A DNA stretch of 11,387 nucleotides, counting the filler, from NCBI GenBank assembly GCA_964501035.1. It is 7 parts of 7 records of this genome, joined end to end, with 100 filler letters (N's around TTAATTAATTAA, not from the genome) between each part and the next. Parts side by side here need not be neighbours in the genome. Positions count along the whole stretch, not along the records: positions 6,631 to 8,165 come from CAZCRK010000165.1; positions 8,266 to 9,777 come from CAZCRK010000166.1; positions 9,878 to 11,387 come from CAZCRK010000167.1; 4 more parts are not named here. One strand, given 5' to 3'. Positions within the stretch are counted from its first letter, which is position 1. Each line of letters opens with the position of its first letter. The notes under the pieces are model-generated. The model worked only from the letters and a program-made list of their open reading frames with translations, was not told where the DNA came from and searched no databases. The translations under genes were made by a program, and so were the position numbers. Below are positions 7,701-11,387 of the stretch, piece after piece.

Positions 7701-8121
7701 TGATGTAATTGTTACTCCCTTAGATATTATAAGTACACCGAATGGAGATGTACTTCATGGAATGAAAAACAACTCTAAGGGGTTTGTTAGTTTTGGAGAA
7801 GTATACTTTTCAGAAATTAAACCAAAAACAGTTAAAGCATGGAAGCGTCATAGAAAGATGACGCTAAATTTAGTTGTTCCGATTGGTGAAATAAAATTTG
7901 TAATGTTTGATGATCGTGAGACAATTGATGTTAATTTTCATGAAGTAATAATTTCTAAAGAGAATTACTGTAGATTAACTATACCGCCAATGATTTGGGT
8001 TGGTTTTGAAGGGCTATCAAGAAATAATTCAATTGTGTTAAATATAGCTAGCATTCCTCACGATCCCCTTGAGGTTGATAGGAAAAATCTTGATGAGATA
8101 GCTTTTGATTGGGGAATTTGA
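7693..8121 (+). CDS. RmlC-like cupin, NDP-4-keto-6-deoxy-sugar epimerase family
   Basis: FGEVYFS, KAWKRH, NLVVPIGEIKFVMFDDR, RLTIPPMIWVGF. Overlaps rfbG by 8 nt. Confidence 0.85.
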   Translation: MINDVIVTPLDIISTPNGDVLHGMKNNSKGFVSFGEVYFSEIKPKTVKAWKRHRKMTLNLVVPIGEIKFVMFDDRETIDVNFHEVIISKENYCRLTIPPMIWVGFEGLSRNNSIVLNIASIPHDPLEVDRKNLDEIAFDWGI

Positions 8122-8165
8122 TTTATTTTTTTATCAAAATTATTACTAAAATTTTTTGAATTTAT

Positions 8166-8265
8166 NNNNNNNNNNNNNNNNNNNNNNNNNNNNNNNNNNN
8201 NNNNNNNNNTTAATTAATTAANNNNNNNNNNNNNNNNNNNNNNNNNNNNNNNNNNNNNNNNNNNN
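8166..8265. other. Artificial contig spacer
   Basis: N44-TTAATTAATTAA-N44. Confidence 0.99.
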
Positions 8266-8385
8266 TTGGCATTTGAAGGTGACTATGTTGATATTGATAA
8301 ACAATTTGTGATTAAGTGGGATGATGAAATGTGGGCTTTTGAATGGCCACATAATAATCCTATATTATTTGGGAGAGATAGATGA
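8266..8385 (+). CDS. C-terminal 39 aa of a probable dTDP-4-dehydrorhamnose 3,5-epimerase (RmlC family); not in the ORF track
   Basis: LAFEGDYVDIDKQFVIKWDDEMWAFEWPHNNPILFGRDR* matches the RmlC tail pattern I-x-W-x-D-x5-6-WP-x3-PIL-x2-[KR]D. ATGA overlap with the next gene. Confidence 0.7.
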   Translation: MAFEGDYVDIDKQFVIKWDDEMWAFEWPHNNPILFGRDR

Positions 8386-9008
8386 ATATACCTTACAACT
8401 TAGAAAAAGTTAGAGATATAAAACAAACCGAAACAGATTTAATTGAATTTGAGGTTAAGGTTAAAGAAGTGTGGGAAACTGGTACTGTACTGGGCCCAGT
8501 TCATTTATCAAAAGGAAATGAAAAACAACTTATTGAAATTTTTCAATATGTTCATCCTGAAGATTGGGTTTTTTCTACTTGGAGAAATCATTATCACGCG
8601 TTATTACATGGCATTCCAGAGGATTGGTTGATGGATGAGATAAAACGTGGTCGTAGTATGAAAATTATGAATAGGGATTATAAATTCGTTACTTCGGCAA
8701 TTGTTGGTGGAATAATTCCACATGCACTTGGAGTTGCCTTATCTTTAAAAAGAAAAAAATCAAAAAGAAAAGTTTGGTGTTTTATTGGAGATATGACTTT
8801 TGAGACTGGTGAATTTCATTTGTGTTACAAGTACGCTAAAAATTTTGATTTACCTCTACAATTTGTTGTAGAAGATAATAATCTTTCTACTAACACACCG
8901 ACAGACGAAACTTGGGCTAAGAAACAAGATGTACCTGATGATGTAATATATTACGAATACGAAAGAGGTTTTCCACATCATGGTTCTGGTAGTTGGGTAT
9001 TATTTTAG
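8382..9008 (+). CDS. Short TPP-dependent enzyme subunit, 2-oxoacid dehydrogenase E1 alpha-like
   Basis: PVHLSKGNE, STWRNHYHAL, SAIVGGIIPHALGVAL and a TPP/Mg motif variant GDMTFETG...VVEDNN (8787-8882). Only 208 aa. Confidence 0.88.
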   Translation: MNIPYNLEKVRDIKQTETDLIEFEVKVKEVWETGTVLGPVHLSKGNEKQLIEIFQYVHPEDWVFSTWRNHYHALLHGIPEDWLMDEIKRGRSMKIMNRDYKFVTSAIVGGIIPHALGVALSLKRKKSKRKVWCFIGDMTFETGEFHLCYKYAKNFDLPLQFVVEDNNLSTNTPTDETWAKKQDVPDDVIYYEYERGFPHHGSGSWVLF

Positions 9009-9017
9009 GAGTGGGTT

Positions 9018-9644
9018 ATGACAAGTAATTTAACAAAACAAAAAGAAGAAATGCAAAAATTTCAAGAAGCAGAAATGTTGAAAAATCTTGATTTACAATA
9101 CAAGAATGAACTTATTAGGTCTATGGAATGGTTAGGGGAAAAGGATGATACATTATTTATAGGACAAGCAGTTAAATATACTGGTAATGCAATGTATAAC
9201 ACAACAAAAACTATTTCTGATGACAAAAAAATAGAAGTACCTGTTTTTGAAGATGTTCAAATGGGGATGTCAATGGGAATGGCACTCGAAGGATTTGTTC
9301 CAATTACTTGTTATCCAAGATTTGATTTCTTAATTTTGGCTACAAATCAATTGGTAAATCATTTAGATAAAATTAGTATTATATCAGAAGGTCAATTTCA
9401 ACCACGAGTTATTATAAGAACTTCAATAGGAAGTAGAATTCCATTAGACGCTGGAGAACAACACACACAAGACCATACTCAGGCATACAAAAATTTATTA
9501 AAACGAGTTGATGTTGTTACATTAGATGAATCAGATGATATATTTCCTGCATTCAAATATGCGTATGAACGACAACCAAAATCAAAGTACGATTCATTAG
9601 TTACATTAATTGTAGAATGGGGAGATCACTATAATGCCAAATAA
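9018..9644 (+). CDS. Short E1 beta-like subunit (pyrimidine-binding domain only)
   Basis: RBS AGGAG at 9007-9011. FIGQAV, EVPVFEDVQMGMSMGMALEGFVPI (catalytic Glu region), FDFLILATNQLVNH, GEQHTQD. Stops before a C-terminal domain. Confidence 0.85.
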   Translation: MTSNLTKQKEEMQKFQEAEMLKNLDLQYKNELIRSMEWLGEKDDTLFIGQAVKYTGNAMYNTTKTISDDKKIEVPVFEDVQMGMSMGMALEGFVPITCYPRFDFLILATNQLVNHLDKISIISEGQFQPRVIIRTSIGSRIPLDAGEQHTQDHTQAYKNLLKRVDVVTLDESDDIFPAFKYAYERQPKSKYDSLVTLIVEWGDHYNAK

Positions 9645-9777
9645 AATTTTATATTTTAATGGTTGTTCTTGGGCAGAAGGAGCAGAATTAAATAGTTTGG
9701 ACCAGGGTGAAATTGGAGAATCCGAACATAGAACTTCAAAGTTACTTGCTGATAAAATTGGATATGAAGAAGATAAT
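9634..9777 (+). CDS. Hypothetical protein start, SGNH/GDSL-like block I, 3'-truncated
   Basis: ILYFNGCSWAEGAEL resembles the GDS-x-T-x-G nucleophile motif, followed by SKLLADKIGYEEDN. Overlaps the upstream gene by 11 nt. Confidence 0.6.
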
Positions 9778-9877
9778 NNNNNNNNNNNNNNNNNNNNNNN
9801 NNNNNNNNNNNNNNNNNNNNNTTAATTAATTAANNNNNNNNNNNNNNNNNNNNNNNNNNNNNNNNNNNNNNNNNNNN
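9778..9877. other. Artificial contig spacer
   Basis: N44-TTAATTAATTAA-N44. Confidence 0.99.
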
Positions 9878-11370
9878 CCATCCCAAATTATCTCACCTTC
9901 GTTATCAATAAAATGAGGATTGTTTAAACTATGAACTCTATCCATTGCAAAATCAAAAATATCAATGGTTGCAGATTGTTGTAATTCAGAATAAAAAATA
10001 AAACGCACATGCCCATCACCGTTTAGTATGTTGGTGTCATCAATGTAGAATGGATTAGGGTACACAGAAAATCGTTCTTTGTCAACATAACTGTTTTGCA
10101 TATGCTCCCAAAATCTGATTATATCCCATGTAGAACCATTATCTTGAGTAAATGCCAAACCATCAGGTGAGCCTACTAAAATTGAAGTTTCTAGAGTAAC
10201 AATTGAATACATTTTATTGCTCAAAATTACTTCCCCTTCAATATCAGCAGGGATAACCATTCGTTGCCAGAACTTCCCATCATCAATATCAGAAAAATAT
10301 ATACCATCACTTGTTGAGGCATAGATGTTGGTTTCCCCAAAATGTAAATTATAGGTAACAACATCCATTTCTTCTAATTGAGATACTATATGCCATGTTT
10401 GACCGTCGTCATCAGTATAAGACAAAGAATGTGAAGCACCAGGGGAAGTCCATGTAATAGCCCAAATTCGTGTAAAATCATCAAAATATTGGGGTTCAAT
10501 TCCAACGACCCAATCCCCGGCCAATCCATTGTTTGAGTTAAAATGTGTCCAGTTAATACATCCTAATTCATTTACAACTCCACGATTAATTCCATCAGCC
10601 GTTCCTACCCAAATGATATCTTCATCTACTTCAGAAAAAATTGAAAATGCCTTATGGTTATGTGAACCTGTTGGGGGATCAATGGGATTTAGAAAATATG
10701 AATCTGTGTCAATTTCACCACAAATTAAAGAATCTTGATTATCCATTGGTAATGGAATGACTCCCCACTGTGGAGCATCTGATGTATAATCAAATCTTCG
10801 AAGCCCACCTGCCCAACTTGTTGTATAAACATAATTCCCATTCACAGTTAAATCATAACTCACATTATTAATTTCTGTCGTAACCGCTAATTGATCTAAC
10901 GTTTGACCACCCCATTCTAAATCAATATATGCAGGACTATCTGACGGCTCAATAGATTGGGGCATAAATCTCCACGTAGCACCATTATCATTAGACCAAG
11001 CTACGCCAGTTCCCTTTGGTCTATTTTCTCCATCTGCAAATTCTGTTGTTACACCAGATACGACTATCATTCGTTCACTATCTATTATAAATGTTTTCAT
11101 TGCTGGATTTCCACCAAGCGGAAGGGAATCGTTTTCAATGGTGTAAAAATGTGGGGAATTAAAATCAGTAAAATCTGCATATCCCAAGCCACCACTGGTT
11201 CCAAAATAAAATTCATTTTCATCACCATATCGAATATCAATTACAGAATTACTGGGTAAATCAGCACTCATTTCACTGGAAGATCGAGATAATGAATTAA
11301 GTGAGAAATAATCTACATACTGGGAAAATAAACAAGTTAACGAAACAGATATTATAAAAACTAATCTCAT
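9878..11370 (-). CDS. Secreted beta-propeller protein with Asp-box (BNR) repeats and a YPNPF / FlgD-Ig-like C-terminal domain, 3'-truncated
   Basis: Signal-like MRLVFIISVSLTCLFSQ. Asp-box-like WSNDNGATW, YTDDDGQTW, SDIDDGKFW, TQDNGSTW. Propeller motifs IWVGTADGI and NGLAGDWV. VYPNPF (10048-10062), IDIFDFAM and IIWD(G) near the end. Confidence 0.85.
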
Positions 11371-11387
11371 GGGGCAGTTACTTCTAA

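Noticed and set aside
8443..8631. 62-aa alternative-frame ORF
   Set aside because: Nested in the E1 alpha-like gene, with no independent support.
8382..9644. Calling these pdhA/pdhB, or pseudogenes
   Set aside because: Too short for canonical E1, with no E2/E3 nearby, yet intact motifs, an RBS and tight coupling argue against decay.
6633..9777. One continuous sugar operon rfbG-epimerase-rmlC-TPP pair
   Set aside because: Chemically attractive, but split by a spacer at 8166-8265. The order reflects contig length, so linkage is unsupported.
1576..9877. Regularly spaced TTAATTAATTAA palindromes as a CRISPR-like or biological repeat
   Set aside because: Always centred in exactly 44+44 Ns. This is a synthetic six-frame-stop linker, and ORF-track tails such as XXXLIN are artefacts of it.
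10529..11259. Plus-strand ORFs 10529-10738 and 10957-11259
   Set aside because: Antisense shadows of the propeller gene.
11367..11387. End of an upstream gene (LEVTAP*) with ATGA overlap
   Set aside because: Plausible, but only six codons are visible, too little to call.

Overview
This window is not contiguous genome. It is seven short AT-rich contigs (1575, 1559, 1557, 1539, 1535, 1512 and 1510 bp, in strictly descending length) joined by identical 100-nt spacers (N44-TTAATTAATTAA-N44), most likely the tail of a length-sorted metagenomic bin. Gene neighbourhood is only meaningful within each piece. Contig 1: 3' part of a monomeric class II ribonucleotide reductase (nrdJ), then a compact predicted H-type RNA pseudoknot in front of the next gene's RBS. 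Contig 2: two hypothetical, phage-like genes. Contig 3: a tandem run of at least two, probably three, LamG-domain paralogues, two sharing a conserved N-terminal leader. Contig 4: internal part of a multi-LamG protein with GC-mosaic structure. Contig 5: CDP-glucose 4,6-dehydratase (rfbG) plus an RmlC-like epimerase. Contig 6: RmlC C-terminus, a miniature TPP-dependent E1 alpha/beta-like pair and an SGNH-like ORF start. Contig 7: a secreted Asp-box beta-propeller protein with a YPNPF-type C-terminal domain. The best leads are the pseudoknot, the mini-E1 pair in a sugar-biosynthesis context and the modular LamG arrays. All calls come from reading motifs by eye; no searches were run.
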